Assembly (NCBI GenBank): GCA_951804945.1
Contig: OX638150.1
Location: forward strand, 24,862,001 to 24,926,000
Reading direction: 5' to 3'
Source of the DNA: Podarcis cretensis
Lineage: Eukaryota
DNA length: 64,000 nt
Shown: piece by piece, positions 26,701 through 41,700 of the stretch
Numbering within the stretch: the first letter of the stretch is position 1
Layout of the letters: every line of letters begins with the position of its first letter
Notes under the pieces: generated by a model
Seen by the model: the letters and a program-made list of their open reading frames with translations, nothing else
The model's database searches: none
Told to the model about the DNA's origin: nothing
Program-made: the position numbers and the translations under genes

Positions 26701-29700
26701 CCACAACAACACTTGACATACAGTTGGAAATACAGCTCCAGCAAGGCAAACATCTGGCTCAAAGATTTCTTGCTAGATTGTCCCAGTGGCCCTGCCCACA
26801 TTTCTGGCATGGTTGGTACTGAGAGATGGGCAAGCACGTTGTCAGAACTGAACAGGAAGGGACTACCTTGATCCATTTCAACTAGAACTGGAATAGCTAC
26901 CCAACAAACTAGGATCAGAAGACAGATACCCCTTAACCAGGGACGTGGGTGGCGCTGTGGGTTAAACCACAGAGCCTAGGACTTGCCGATCAGAAGGCTG
27001 GCAGTTCAAATCCCCACGACGGAGTGAGCTCCCGTTGCTCGGTCCTTGCTCCTGCCAACCTAGCAGTTCAAAAGCACATCAAAGTGCAAGTAGATAAATA
27101 GGTACCGCTCCGGCGGGAAAGTAAACAGAGTTTCCATGCGCTGCTCTGGTTCGCCAGAAGCGGCTTAGTCATGTTGGCCACATGACCCGGAAGCTGTAGG
27201 CCGGCTCTCGGCCAATAATGTGAGATGAGCGCTGCAACCCCAGAGTCGGTCATGACTGGACCTAATGGTCAGGGGTCCCTTTACCTTTTACCCCTTAACC
27301 AATTCACAGACCAGACCTGGGGTTCAGACTGAAATCTGCATCCTTCTGGATTTCTTTAACTTTGTGAGATGCCACTATAAGACAGTCAGATGCTTCCATC
27401 TCTAGTTTCAACAATTACTAGAATGGGTGCACAAATTCGAATAATAAATATGCCATGTAACTGAGTCTATATATCTACTACTTTAGCATACAAGCAGTGC
27501 AGAGAAACACATTTCTTGTATACAAATTACATATTATTGCTGCATCAATCAACCCTTTTGACCTTCTGGTGCTTACCTTTGGATCTCCAAGAACTGCAAA
27601 TCCAACCGACAGTTTTCTTTTCTGTCCTCCACTTAGTTTTTTAGCTTGGTTATCTTTAATGGGGTGCATATCCAAATCGAGTAAAACTTTCTGGACCTTA
27701 AACCAAGGACAAGAAGTATTTCATATTAAATGCCCTACCCTTAAGGCTCAAGATGGCTTGCAGACATTATGGTAGTATAATGGAATATATTTATGAAAGC
27801 ATAATGGAATATGGTCATTAGCCTGCACTCACCTCTTGTATCATATCATTTGGAGGTATTCCTTTAACCGAAGCTATTATTGATAAATTCTCTTCCACGG
27901 TTAATACATCAAAATATATATCTGACTGCTGGCAGACTCCAATTACCTTTCTTATATCTAGCATTTCATCTATTTCCGAAACTCTACAGCCATAAATTGA
28001 TGCAAATCCTAATGCATGAAAAGTAAGAGCAGAAATGTTAACACTGTGATGGCTACCAGCGTAGAACATATATCTAGAGGCAGCTAGCCCAAACCTGAGG
28101 CAGAACACCCCCAAAAGTCAAGGTGTCTAACATCACTGATTTGATTTTAAAATAAAAGCGATAAAAAAACATTATGCACTACCACCAACATGCACACAAA
28201 TCAGAAAACATTAGAAACAGTACAGCTCTTGGAACTGATTTGTAAAGCTGTAGAGAAATGAACGCATGCCACTAAACAGTTGGAAGCAGACCCTCAATGA
28301 GAATGATGCTGGATGCCCAAAAAGTAACCTCTGAAAAGCAGGGATCACAAACGTGATCAGAGAGAGGAGGAATCTTTTGAAAGAGAGCTGAACTGTTCTC
28401 CTGCACCTTGCTTGAAATGAGGAATTGCTCAGCTTTACTGGCTGAATTAACCATTACTACTGGTTTGCAGCTGTGGAGTCACAGAAGCCTTGGGGCCACC
28501 ATCTGCTGTAGTTCTTTATTGCAGCACACCTCAGCTGCCGCTGCACTGCAGCCTCTCTGCTGTGACCTGCTAGCTGGATTTCATTACAGTGGAACCTCAG
28601 AAGCCGAACACCTTTGAACTTGAATGTTTCGGCTCCCAAATGATTGAAAACCAGAAGTGATTGTTCCGGTTTTCAAACAATTTTTGGAAGCTGAATGTCC
28701 AGCACCTTGGTTTTCGAACTGTTCCAGGAGTCGAAAGAACTCCCAGAACGGATTAAATTCGAAAACCAAGGTATGACTGTACAGTATTGTAATGCTCTCA
28801 AATTATGCATCTATGGGCCGAATCCCTTAACTGACCATGAGTAAGACCTAAGGGCACAAACTTCCTTTTTTGGCATAGATGGACCCTGAGAGACAGTCGA
28901 ATGAACTAGACTAAAATATATTTTTGTATCGCTCCCTACATTGTTAATCTCTTGTTGATCCACTATTATTTGAATAAATAGCACTGCCTGCACACGTGTG
29001 TATGTGTATTGAGAGAAGGCTTCTATTCAAACATTCAAAGGTTTCCTGAGTGGGGTCTTGAGTCAGAACCTACATTAAGCCTATCCCAAGGGTTACATAT
29101 TTCAAAACAAAAACCACAAAATAGGCTTCCAGAGGATTTCTTCCATAACGCTCTTTAAGACAAATGCAAAGAGAACAGAAGTAGGCACATATTTACCATC
29201 AGAAGGTGGGGACAATCCACAAAGAATGTTCATTAATGTTGTTTTTCCTGTTCCACTATGTCCAAGTAATGCTGTGATCTGACCCTCATAAATGTCAAAG
29301 GATAAACCTAATAAGAAATGAAACAGGAAGGGGATTAATTAATGGCATTATATAGTATTGCTACAAGCTTCAGGAAGTATTTAGCCACTGCTACATAGAG
29401 TACACTATCAATTACTCTTAAGAAAAACCCCACCATTAACAGAACATTTAATATTTAATAAAGCCAAACACACAGTTGTGTACAGATTGAGTTTGTTTTG
29501 ACTGATGTTTCCTTATCGAGATATTTACTGATTACAGATGAGTAGTCAGTAAAGAGAAACTCACCCACATACTGTATCATTGCTCCCATTGGCCATGTTT
29601 GCATTGAGCCTTGGCCTCATGTGTTCCGCTTTTCTCGTCTGGTTTGGTCAAGAGCAGTTTGGAAGTAAGAACCCCAGTTTGAACAGGAGTGCACAATCCT

Positions 29701-32700
29701 AAGATTTGGTGCAGCTTATTTCGCCTTCATCACACCAAGCTAAACCATGGTTAAGTGTGTGATTTAGGTAAGGCAAAAGCAAAATCTTCTGGACTCACCC
29801 TGCCAGGCACATGGGAGGAAAAGACGGAAGTGCGCAAGCCCAAGTCTTGCTGAAACTCATTTCTGCTAGTGCATGTTGTGCTCAACCATGGTTTAGCATG
29901 ACATGCAAATAGTCACTGTCAGAAAACAACAAACAGGCAACACTTAAAGAACAAGGGCTCACACTTGTAGCAGATAGCTGAAAACCTAAGAAGTCTTACT
30001 TTTCAGGGCCTCCACAGTTTCACCTTTTTTAATATATGATTTCTGGACATTATTGATTCTGAAAGAAGAAAAGATAAATTTATTTTCAAAAAGAAACACA
30101 GAACTTTGGGGAAATTTACCAAGCAAGAAAAATCAAAGAATACACAGGTACCACATATTTATATCAGCTTGAATATTCCTGTTTTGGTTTACAATGCAAG
30201 GTGACCTTCATATTCAAAAGTAGTACAATGCTCCTGGGAAACTATGCCATAACCCCTTCCCAGAAAGAAAGTATCACATACTTTTCCTGAACATATTATT
30301 TGACTATGATTTCTTCTAGAGTTTGATCTCTCATAAAACATTTTGAGAAATAGATGCAATGAGGAGGAGTCTGAACCACAGAATACAGTGAAAAAGATGA
30401 AATGGAACATTTCTAAACCACAAATACCACTTTTTGCTATTTGGCTTCTTGTCAAACTAAGGAAAATATGGGTAAATGGCACACAAGGTTAATTGGATTG
30501 AATATGCCTCACTTCTGATTGAAACTAAGCTGGTTCCTGCGCAAAGACATAGTACTTTGAGTGCATAGCAAAATGACCTTCCTTGCCTCAATTGCAAACT
30601 GACTAGTCAACATGCAACAGAGATTTGTACATGCAGTGACTCCCCTGTTGACTCTTATCAGGAAAGAAATATTAGTACGTGCAACATGCAACATTTGCAT
30701 CTTAAGCAATACATGGAGCTTCAGATCACTTGCACAGGTACTGGTCTACAATGTATGTTTTGACAGAACCAAAACTGATTAACACTGTCTTTTCTCAATA
30801 TGGACTTTTTTTCCTTTGCCAATAATCAATGACAGAAGTATCACTTCACAGGACAATGACAAACTATATTTGCATATGAAAACTATCACATTGCTCCTCT
30901 TGAGTGTGCATAATAAAACTGACAAATTAATTATCACTGCATGCATACTTCACACAGCAGCCATATTTGCTTGCAATGTTAAGCCAAGGATCCTGGCTTA
31001 ATAAACCATAATGTACATGCAGAGGATTACTCAACTCTTTCCTCTTCCCTTCACGTGACCTAGGAGTGTGGTTTGTTTATCACTAATGAACCAGAATTTG
31101 AAAGTCAACAGCAAGCCTTGATTTAAGGCTGCCTACCAAGAGTTGCTTGTTAGGGAGAAATGAACAACACTCCTGCATTCAAATGTCAGGCTGAGGTGAT
31201 TTGCTTGCAGCAATCGGAAAGTGTGTGCATGCTGCTTGTACACAAAATTATTTATTAAGCCAAGGTTCTTTATCGTTTCATGCAAACGCAGCCAGTTTCT
31301 TTCTAAGTGCAAAAACAATTAGTAACTGACAATAGGTTCAGGTTAAACTTCAGCATCATCCGTCATACCTAATAGCTTCTCTTCCCTGGAATTCGGAAGA
31401 TATAGGCTCAACAATCTCATTGAATTCTAAGCTTCCATTAATGCTGCTTTCATACAATTCCTTATAATTTCTTGTTCGCTTTACCCAAAATGAGGGCTTT
31501 AGGAAGAAGAAAAAGCTTCGCCGCAATCCGTATTCCCCTGAGGGGTAAAAAAAGATGAGAAAGAATCTGTAAACATATGGATTACACAGTATAATTACAC
31601 GTTTGGATCGTTTTCTGTTTATAGTTTGCTAATTTTTAGACTTGTGCAAACTATATCCCTTATTTTGTAACCCAGGAAATCTTCCTGTACTACAGACTAG
31701 CATGTAATTTTTAGCATAAATTACAAATACATCTTTGGTGCCACAGACAGACATACACACTATGCGCAAGTTGAAATTCTACTTTAATTTTATATGGATG
31801 TGCTATTTATTTCTTGTTTATTTCTTGGCTCCAGATCTAAGGAGGTTTGGGATATAAAAGTTTTGCACTTAAAATGCCCATGATTAATGACCATTTCTGA
31901 ATCCTACAGGAGTATTAGAGCAACAGCATAGAATGGTAAAAGGCACATTCACTTTCTGACCCCTAAGCTTTTCTGTATTTATCAAAATGCTTAGGCACCC
32001 TGTCAACTTCAGTTTATGATGTGTAGATGTACGACTTGTACCACGCTTAGGAATAGTAGACCATGTATGCAAATTATAGGCAAATTTCTTTAATTAACAC
32101 AGAAGATACTAAAAGAGATGTTGTCAAATAGAGTTCAGCCAGTGATAATAATAGTTGTCCATTCAGATCAGAATGGTTTTATTAAGCACAGACAGATATG
32201 TGGGTGATTTACTATTATTTATTAGTAGACCAGAAACATATATACCAGAATTATGAAATATAACTAACAGTTTGGGTAGTTTGGGGTATATGATTAACAG
32301 GTTCCAGTCTGCATTAATCCCAGTGGCAATTTCAATAGTGCCCAGAGGTCATAACATATCCAGACATTTTGTTTCTACGACATATCGCCCAAATAATTAG
32401 AATGAATTTAAAGAGATTGAGAATGAAGATTTCTAGTATGGGCACAATTTCAGCATTTGGGGCAAGGATGATGATACACTTAAAATGAGTACTTCACCAC
32501 ATATAATATGCGTCACAATCCTTAATACGTAACCAAACCCTTGATGTCGTTCAGTTTTTTTGTATTTTTCTTTGATTCTAACATACCTGGAATCACTTGA
32601 TCGAAATAAATCCCTAGGAGCAGGTAAAGCATACTATCAAGGGTCAATAGCGTATAAGCAATAATTAGTGGATAAGGGCCATGAGTTATATGTGAGAAAA

Positions 32701-35700
32701 TAGCTCCTTCTTCATAATCTTCCAGATGCATCACCTGCAAACACATATAAAAATTGCAGCTACGTGACAGCATTAGTTTACTAAAATAGTAAGGTAAATA
32801 ATGTAACACTATATAAACCTTGATGATCATCATCAAGTTGCCATCATATAGGGGTGATGGGCCAAGTTCCTCATTTGGGCAGAAAATTATGAGCTAAAGC
32901 GGAGAACATTCAAGCTATCCCCACCCCACCCCCAGTCCTAAATTCATTATTAACTGCTGATCCCCTGTGAGTATTCAACCCTTTATATTTCATGGTTGGT
33001 AAGGCAACAAAGATTGTTGAGCAGTGGGATGCCATTTTTCTGTCTCCTCCACCTTTAGGGCAGTTGTGGCCACAGCAGGAGGGAAGGCTGAATGTGTCTC
33101 TCTCTCTCTTCCAACCATTATCCTCCCCCTCTCTTCCAGATCTTCCCTCTCCTGAATCCTGGGAAGCATAATTTCCTCCAATGACAAAATGACCAAACTA
33201 ACATCAGGGTTTCAGAGACATGGAATGCTATTGTGGCAGCATTCCAGACACCAGGGAAAGCGGAAGAGAAAAAGAAGTGTGGAGGTAAGTTCACTGTTAC
33301 TACCATAGCTGCTGGATGGGAGTGGGAAGGTGTTCTTCTAAAGTTTGGATTAATGTCTGACCCAGAAGAAAAACTCAGTGGCTTTAAAGCTGACTTCTGC
33401 TCATACAACGGGATTCCACTACAGAGCCAGTGTGGTGTAGTGGTTAAGAGCGGTGGACTCGTAATCTGGTGAACCGGGTTCGTGTCCCCGCTCCTCTATA
33501 TGCAGCTGCTGGGTGACCTTGGGCTAGTCACACTTCTCTGAAGTCTCTCAGCCCCACTCACCTCACAGACTGTTTGTTTTTGGAGAGGAAGGGAAAGGAG
33601 AATGTTAGCCGCTTTGAGACTCCTTAGGGTAGTGATAAAGCGGGATATCAAATCCAAACTCTTCTTCTACCTTCCTTTTTCCCACCCTGCATCCTCAAAA
33701 TCTGCTCCAGAGAGTTGGGGGAGCCTCTAGAGAAAATGTTTGAGGTGCACGGGAGACTGCAGAGGTGGAGACCGTAAGGTGATCTCCTGCTATGCTAGCA
33801 AAAGACTGCTTGTGATATACTGAAAACTACACATTTATGACAGGAAGCTGCAAAATTTAACATAGAAAGTCTGCAACAAACAGTGTTCTTTGAACTTCTG
33901 ACAATTGTGTTACTTATTACAGTTGATTTTTCTCATCGGTTAAAATTTCTACTTAATAACGGATTAGAAAACAACAAGAAACACATATATAAAAAGTTCA
34001 AAGCAAGTTCTAGGTCTGTTACATACTTTATTCCAAGATGAAAGATTTAAAGTATTATCACATCTCATATTAGAACCACAGTGATGGGTGCATGCCACAG
34101 TAACAAACAAAAACTTTACTAACCTGTACAACACCAATTAAAAAGGGGCACTCACACAGTGGGCTTAGTGACCACACAAAAGACTTTGGAAAATCTTCCA
34201 ACAGGGCAATGCTCAGGCCCACAGCACCAAAAGCCACAGTTGTGAAAAACTGAGCTGAACCAGCATAGTTCACTTTTTTGAAAAGAGAGGTTAGCAAAAA
34301 TGCAAAGGAAATCTAAACAAAAATAGAAAGCGTATTTTCAGTGCACAATAGGACTTGATTAAAATTGCTAGAATCTCAATTTTTATATGTGAAAATCATA
34401 ATTATTGTATCACTTAGTATTTGCTAAAGACAATATAATATGCTAATGAAAGACATCAGCCGGCTAACAGGCTGTGGATTTTCTTCCTAAGAGTACTATC
34501 TCCTTTGGCAAACTGCAACATCAAAATTTCCCAAATTGGTTATGAAATCAGAGTGGGAAATCTAAGGTAGCAAGGAGCGCATTAACAAAATATAATGTGA
34601 TTTTTAAGGAATGATTCTTTTGCAATAAAAACAGATCAACTTTTCAAAAATGATCACTTTCAATTAAGATTCAAGGTTCAGAAAGGCAGTGAATGGCCAA
34701 GATGCAATTCAAATCACAGTGCAGCTCTTACATTTAATGAGGTTTTCTAAGTTAAGCAATTATGTATTTTGCTTTGATTCCATGAAAGGACGGGCTGCAG
34801 AAACTGCTGCTCATGGAAGTGGGATGGGAGGGAACTTCCAATTCTCCCTTCCCACGACAGCCTTCTGAGTCACCTGCCATGCCCTTCTATGAATGAGATG
34901 TCCCATGAGCAGAACTCTACATTTATATCCCATTTTCTGGCCAAGATTGGTTCCCAAAGAAGTTTAAAATTAAAATCCGTATAAACAATATGTTATTATT
35001 TCCCGGGGGGGGGGGTATTGTTCTTAACCCAATCAGCATATTCTCAAGGGGCAAAAGGAATTGCAGATAGATTCAGGCACTGGCTGTTGGTAAAGATGCC
35101 AGCCCACAGAAGCGGTCTTTCCACTAAACTTCATCCAAATGTACGGACTATACACATTATAGTAGAGGCCTGATTGTACAATATGCAGCCTATATAAACC
35201 TTTCATGTAAATAATGGGCAGATTGTGCAGAACAGAGAGCAAGATCAGAATTTGACTTTAAAGGCCCTTGAATATACAGTCCGTTTACATATGCTATATT
35301 CATAAATTCGGAATAAGTGCAAAATCAGTACCCACAGGTCACCTTCTCTTCTTGCTATAAATAGATGTTTCCATACATTAAATGTTAGGAGCCAGAAGAC
35401 TTTGGGCCAAACTAAACATAGGTATGCTTGAGATATCTGAACTTTACAAATTCCAATATGAATTGACCTAATCCAAAACTCCTGGACTAATGTGTGGAAC
35501 AGAACATTGCTATTTTAATCACTTCTCTGAATGTTGCAACACAGCGCTTATCCCAAAAAAGTTTTGAGATAAAAGACATTCAATAACACTCATTTATATG
35601 CAAATTGTGCAAACTTTTTTTAAAGAAAGTAAATTAGTACAGAAATGGGACAGAATGGGCATATCAGTGAATACATGCAAAAGACACATGGACTGAAATA

Positions 35701-38700
35701 GGAATGGACAAACTGGTCTAAATAACCGAGATGGGGCAATCATAAGGGTCTTAGGCACATTCACATGTCATAGTGGGAAAGAGGACTACATGAAAAGAAA
35801 TGCAGTCTGTTCTCCCCAACTCCCACCAGCACCACATTCCATTGCTTCAAGCAATTCTACCCAGCTCAATTCTTCTACCCAATTGACCCAGTATCAAAGC
35901 TGAGCTGGAAGAAGACTGCTTAATGAAACAAAGCACAGTGAAGGTGATGGCGAATTTCACTCATTTCCCTGAGTGTGCCTTTTCACATAAAAGATATACT
36001 GCCCCTCCAATTGCACTTGGCATCTGAACAAAAACGGCAGACAGGTAGATGGGTGGCAACCCTGTCACATCCAGTTTGGTCCCAAAAAACGCAGATAAAT
36101 CATAAACATGCTTCATGTAGGGCCACCCTTGTGCAGAATGCTGTGGATAGACTGGCGATGGGAACAGACTACTGCCCACACATGACACCAATGTTAATAG
36201 TCCTGCCCTGACTTCCCATCTGCTTCCCATCACTTGCACTGGCATGCTTTTCAACTGCTAGGTTGGCAGAAGCTGGGACAGAGCAATGGGAGCTCACCCC
36301 GTTGTGCGGATTCGAACCGCCGACCTTCCTATCAGCAAGCGCAAGAGACCACAGTGCCATGACTGTGCTGGCATAACAGTATGCCTACATAATGTGCTAC
36401 AGAAGGAGTGGAATCCTGTTCTGACTAAAATGTTAATCCTGATTGTGGTGTAACATTAGAACAAAAGAAGTTGCATTAGTTCAGAGACTCCTGCTGCAGT
36501 GAATGGACACCTCAACATTACTGCCTTCTTCACTCCCCAAGGATAGGAATTCAACAAATTTTGCAGGCGATCATGACACACTAACAGCAGTAGATAAGAC
36601 TCAGACAGCGACAACACAGTTCAGACAACTAGGTAAGTGACACTACTCTGTGCATGTGTCTAGATAACTTAAATCACAGAAGAACTCTGGAAACTATGAT
36701 AAAAAACCTCTTTGTTATTAGCCCTGTATGTTTACTGTTTGTGCAAAGTTAAAAAGCTTACGATCATGTGTATCTTTTCAGAATTCTTGCAAGTACCCAG
36801 TCTCTCAGGATCCCAAATAATGCACAATAACTTCCATTGCTACCATTGGGCACCACACACAGTTAAATGGAAGCCCGGGGGGGGGGGGGAGGCAGGAATC
36901 CATGCCTGAAACGTTACTTCTCTAGATCTCTTCCATTTTTGTCCAATCCTCACCTGCTGCTACAATATGGACAGTATAAACTCCCAATAATCTTTTCTCC
37001 TTCAACGGCAACCAATATTGTCTCCAACTCAGGGTACATACACGCTCTGCAGGAAGAGGGGATGTTTGCCACGAAGGTGGGACCTCAACGCATACCAGCA
37101 GAGACAATGAGAAGCACAGCTTCCTTTGAGACTGAGAAGTGGAGCACTCGACTCCAGTGATGCCTAGTATATGCCCTCTTCCTTGCCAGGTCAGATGGAG
37201 CAAGGAAGGTGGCACACAGCACTAAAGGCATAGACAGGATGGGATAAAGGGGGCTGAGCAAAAGTGACAAACCATTGGCTCTATGGGTTCCACAAGGTCC
37301 ACACATCACCTTTTTCAATTGGCTGTCACATTGCTTTGCCTCGGGTATGCCATCTTCCAGTCCTTTTAGCGAGAGACTGTACCCACAACATGAGACCTCA
37401 TGCATACTAAACTTGCGCTGGGTTCTTTAAGAATTCCCTTAGTACTGGTTTATGTAGTTGGGTCCTGCTATCTCCCGCTACATACTGCATAGCTCATTTC
37501 TGCTGCGTTAAAAAGCAGGTCCTAGAAATGGCCTCCAGGAGCAGCCTGTTGAGGTCCTTGCTCTTCCTTATGTGTTATGTTCCTGTCCTTTCCAAATAGC
37601 TTGCTCATCCCAAAATCTGTATCTTTGGGGGAGCATTGTTGTACAATTCAGCTTAAACCTTCTTGAGAATCCATGGGTCCTCCATGCAGGCATTGCATTG
37701 GTAGCTGGTCCTTCCTTGAATGACTTTTGTGTGCTTGTCTGTCAAAAGATGCTTGTTTGCAGACTGCCTGTGTAGCACTATTAGGGGGATTTATAACCCT
37801 TCTCAATAAGAAGCAATTCCTGAAGGGTTTCACTGTACATATCAGCTATTATGCTCCTGCTCACTAAACCATAGTGGTCTATACTGGGAACAGTGTTGTG
37901 GTGACTTTGGGGCTGCAGGGTTATATTTTATATGTGTTCTAGCTAGGGTGACATGATGGGCTCCTTCTGCCATCACTCTTGTTGACCAGATCCATGGATG
38001 GCTAATATGGGGAAGCTATCGGCATATAGGGACGCAGGTGGCGCTGTGGGTTAAAGCCTCAGCGCCTAGGGCTTGCCGATCGAAAGGTCGGCGGTTCGAA
38101 TCCCTGCGGCGGGGTGCGCTCCCGCTGCTCGGTCCCAGCGCCTGCCAACCTAGCAGTTCGAAAGCACCTCCGGGTGCAAGTAGATAAATAGGGACCGCTT
38201 ACCAGCGGGAAGGTAAACGGCGTTTCCGTGTGCGGCTCTGGCTCGCCAGAGCAGTGATGTCACGCTGGCCACGTGACCCGGAAGTGTCTCCGGACAGCGC
38301 TGGCCCCTGGCCTCTTAAGTGAGATGGGCGCACAACCCCAGAGTCTGTCAAGACTGGCCCGTACGGGCAGGGGTACCTTTACCTTTACTATCGACATTCA
38401 GTGTTGTGATTGGTGGGGTGGCAGAATTGCCATGGAGGCTGTAATTGTGTCTGTTAGACCTGCTACATTTTATCTGGGTAGAAGTAACATTATTCTGGTG
38501 GAAATACATGGCATCTTGCCTAAACGTCCCCGGGATTATCCCTAAATTAGTGAGTACCTGTGAAACACCATCATAGGATACCTCTATGTCAACAGGAAGG
38601 ACAATCCTAAAACACGTCGCTTCAGCATATTGGCAATGAGCAAGCACACATACATACACACTTACGGAGGATAATCCATATAGGAAAAAAAGAAGAAATA

Positions 38701-41700
38701 TCACAAAGCTGCTACTTTGGGGAAAGAGCGAAGAGAATGTTGCAATAACCGACATGAGAAGGGACATGACAAGAATCAGACTGGTGTAGAGCAAGACCCA
38801 AGAAAGCCTAGAAAAAGGGAAAACACAATGAAGGCTCATGAATTCAAAGTTATCTACAAGAACTACTAAGCTGAAGCTAAATATTAGTCAATACTATTAA
38901 AAAGTGATAACTCTCAAACGGACCCTTGCCTGAAATTAATGAAGCACAGAATCGCAGTAAGCATGACAAGATGAATTATTTCATACTCATCTAAAATATT
39001 TGCCATGTACATAGTAAGCCACAAAGCAAGAAAAGTAATTTTTTGCTGGGTAGGTTGCCCATGGGAAGAAAATAATTAGTTAATGTTAGGCTTAGAGCTT
39101 ACGGGGGCATTTCCACTGAAATAAACAAGTGGTACATGTATTGTCTGCTGCCAGTGAAAGGCTTCTCTGGGAAGGAATCATTTGGACATCACTGTGATCA
39201 CAAGTGATACATATGACTTGAGGACAAAATGATAGAGGTCCTCCGAACTTGTGAGGTCTGCTGGAGATTAAGAGTTGGCAGGGCCAAAAGTGAAGAGTGA
39301 GCAGGACTTGTCCCTGTAGACCTCACAAGCTGGGAGGAGTTCCATCATTTTGCCAGCTTTGAATTGGCTCAGAAAAGTGATCCAAGGTTTTTGGAAGGGC
39401 TTCGATAGGGCCAACTCACCCATGAGGCAAAGTGAGGTGACTGCCTCGGGTGGTAGGATCCACAAGGCCAGCAGATCTGGCCTCCAAGGAATGCATCGCC
39501 CATTGCTAGAGCTGCTGCCATGGTGGCAGTGATGGCTGCAATGTGCTCCTTAGAGGCTGAATCTGTTGCCTCCTCGGCAGCCCCTCCCATGCTGCTTCCA
39601 CAGCAGCTTCTTGGCGATTCAAAGTTGGCCCCTTTGACTCCCAATTTAACCACTGAGAAAGATTGATTTTATTCCCTTCCCCCTTGTTCCTAATGTAGAT
39701 ATCCATTCCTCTCTTCTTCTCTGGTGAGGGAGAGCCGTTTTGTGGTTCGCCTCAGGTGCCAAAATGTCTTGGGCCAGCCCTGGATCATTTCTAATTTAAT
39801 CCAAGGTGATCTTGGGAGCGCTCGCCCATATATTCTAGTTGCATGTAGTTCTATTTCCCTTCCTAATATATCATTCACTTCACACAATGATGTTATCTGG
39901 CAAAATGGATATTGTCTATTTTAATAAATCACTCAAACTTTTCATGGCAGCAGAGAATGAATAAAACAGCTGGTATAATTGACATTCTATCTAACTTGTC
40001 TCAAAACCTTGGGCAAAAAGATTGTTGAAATTTTGACAAGAAGTGAATGCACAATGTTGGTGCATGACACCCCTCAGAGTGGTGGTCATTCCACAAGTGT
40101 TTTATTACAGCAGCAATATTTTATAATAGGTATTTTTTAATCATGTGGTAATCTCAAATAAACTTCAGAAAGAGGGGTTTTCAAAAACTTGGCTACAAGA
40201 AAGAATGAATGGGAATGAAATAAAATTGAACAGAAAATTAGAGAAGAGAAATGAAATTGATTTGGCTATGGAGAAGAGAAATAAACTAGAGGAAATAAAT
40301 GGAGACAAACTGAAATGGAGAGTAGGGATGAAATGAAGGCTTAAAAGTGTGCAGTTGAATGACAGATAATATAGAGAAGATCACCAACAGTAACAGCACA
40401 GAAAATACCTGTAGATTGAAGAATGAGCGTCTGCATACCTGCTCAGAAGCAAGACACAGTCTCAATAGTTGACGCATGATATCTGGAAAAATACTTTGGG
40501 CCCTACACTCTTATTAATATCTGTATAAGTAGCCTACACATGTAAATTCTATAATGGGAACTGTAATGCAAATATATGCTGTGTTGCAACAACAAATATT
40601 AACTGAAAGGAGGTGTTTGACCTTTTGGGGCTCAAAGCTGACCTCTGTCTTCTACTCACTGGACATATTGACTTTCCCCATTTAGTTCTGCATTCTTTTC
40701 ACAAGAATAGCCAACCAAATGTTCCACGCAGCTTGTAAGACAGGCATGAGGGCAACAGCAACCCCGTTGTCCCTCGACATCTGATTACTTAGGGAGAGAC
40801 AGAAACACAGTTTTTATTTTATGTGTGGCTGTATGAGCTCTTCTGGGTGCATGACAGAGACAGAGAGGCGGCTTTGTGTGTTGCCATTTCTCAGGCTTTG
40901 GCATTGTGTTCCCATATATAAAATGGGGAAATCATTTCCCCAAAGTCTTCTACATGCCCATTTCCTTGATCATATGATGCATATCACATGCAGTTTGGCT
41001 CACTGTCTTAAGGTTAAGATTAGCACACAAATGGGACCACTTAAATTAACCAAAGATGTTCACATAGAGAAACTGTCACAAGAACACCATGATGATGTTA
41101 GCTTTGATCCTAAAACAAAACAAAAAAAAAAATTCATAGAAGAAAAAAAACACTGTGCCTTCCTCACTCCTGTAACCTTTCCAGAGGGGTTGGGGGGTGT
41201 AGGGTGTTAAAGTTATAAGTTTAAAAACACATAACATGCCGTGTTTGAATGCGCTACATTTAAAATGCTGCAAAAGCAGCAGAAAAGGATGGCATTTTTC
41301 CAGTTCAGTAAGATAAGCTACCTGATGACTCATTACCAGAAATTCACAGCAGGAAGCTGAAACTTAAGACTGTATGTTTGTTTGTTGGTGTTTGATAGCA
41401 GCAGTATCATCATCAGAAGAGCTGCAGAGAAGCTCTGCAAAGATGAGTAAATTCAGGTTCTCTCTCTGGGACTAGAGAGAGGAAAGTATAAAGGACTGAA
41501 CCCCATTGTTTGTTTGTAATGGGTTACTTTGTTATTTCGTAACATTTATCTTATTGCGACTAGTATTTATGACTGTTCTGCAGGAAAGCTTTTAAACTCA
41601 TAATTGTGGTGGAGAAAATTCAACTCTACGCAAGATCCAGATAAGAGATTCTGCTGAACAACTGCAACGTTGGGGGGTGTCCTCCTGAACAATGTGGGAG

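Noticed and set aside
33424-33500. tRNA-like sequence (also near 10979 and 48520)
   Set aside because: These are SINE heads followed by SINE bodies and tails, not tRNA genes
37095-37130. [11 protein letters not shown] resembling [15 protein letters not shown], a possible retrocopy
   Set aside because: Only about 10 residues match, with no flanking GNP/DEP motif; consistent with chance
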